A stretch of 64,000 nt of DNA from positions 248,001 to 312,000 of the forward strand of contig JAUGWO010000069.1 in the NCBI GenBank assembly GCA_049724395.1, read 5' to 3'. This document shows positions 63,601-64,000 of the stretch, piece by piece. The translations under genes were made by a program, and so were the position numbers. Numbering within the stretch: the stretch's first letter is position 1; each line of letters opens with the position of its first letter. Source of the stretch: Spongospora subterranea f. sp. subterranea. Its lineage: Eukaryota. Below the pieces are notes generated by a model, which saw only the letters and a program-made list of their open reading frames with translations, was not told where the DNA came from and made no database searches.

Positions 63601-64000
63601 GGCCTATTAACCAGATAGGAAGAATACCAAAGCGAAAGCTGATGATCTGGTAGCAGGTTAATTATCCATACAATGACCGCCAGGAGATCGCGTTGTGATT
63701 TATCGTTCATTTCTTTGATTATGGCAACACGGTCACCGATAGATTGAACTAAAGGTAAGAAAGAAACTATGCAACATCACCATTTAAACTCGGGTTTGAA
63801 AAATAGCAAAACAACTAACCTGCCAACCTTGAACGCTGGCTCCTTGAGAGAGCCGCGTCTCGATCAAGTTTCGTGCAAATTTTTCGCAGAGATTTGAAAA
63901 TTGCAGCGCGTATAGAGGCTTCAGGAAAATCGCAGTGCATTTCTATGAAATGAATCAAAAGGGATTGAAGAGGATATAATTGAAATATCCCGTTTATAGA
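60613..64000 (-). CDS. DOCK-family (DOCK-C/D, SPIKE1-like) guanine nucleotide exchange factor, 3' part with DHR-2
   Basis: AQAYSHIPSIRIQWLQRLAD...YAEAAQ, VIQVTYVQP, KFMFSTPFT, KRNTVLTVAKTFP and LQGSVMLQVHGGTKEIALAFF. The gene continues beyond the window. Confidence 0.92.

Overview
Gene-dense eukaryotic (protist) DNA with many short (~50-70 nt) GT-AG introns. Flagellar genes, compact gene spacing and short introns fit a flagellated protist such as a plasmodiophorid/Phytomyxea; this is inference, not verified. The first ~6 kb is a transposon graveyard with nested Stowaway-TIR DD39D mariner relics, a fold-back repeat and a copia relic. It is followed by SRP9, an intronless Argonaute with an intact DEDH tetrad, an EF-hand protein, Bax inhibitor-1, a homeodomain-like gene, Furry/Tao3, purple acid phosphatase, prefoldin 5, NFS1, DDX27/Drs1, secreted or membrane proteins, an RTN4IP1-like oxidoreductase, CFAP119-like, Nup54, a choline transporter-like gene, a purine-loaded DRC9/DRC10-like gene, a secreted tyrosinase, a 65-bp satellite ending in a hairpin, cyclin H with an inverted partial copy, CCDC191-like, and a DOCK GEF that runs off the window. 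Several single-base frameshifts in short base runs suggest long-read assembly errors. No prokaryotic system or CRISPR array is present. Exon boundaries and gene names come from manual reading and motif recall, not searches.
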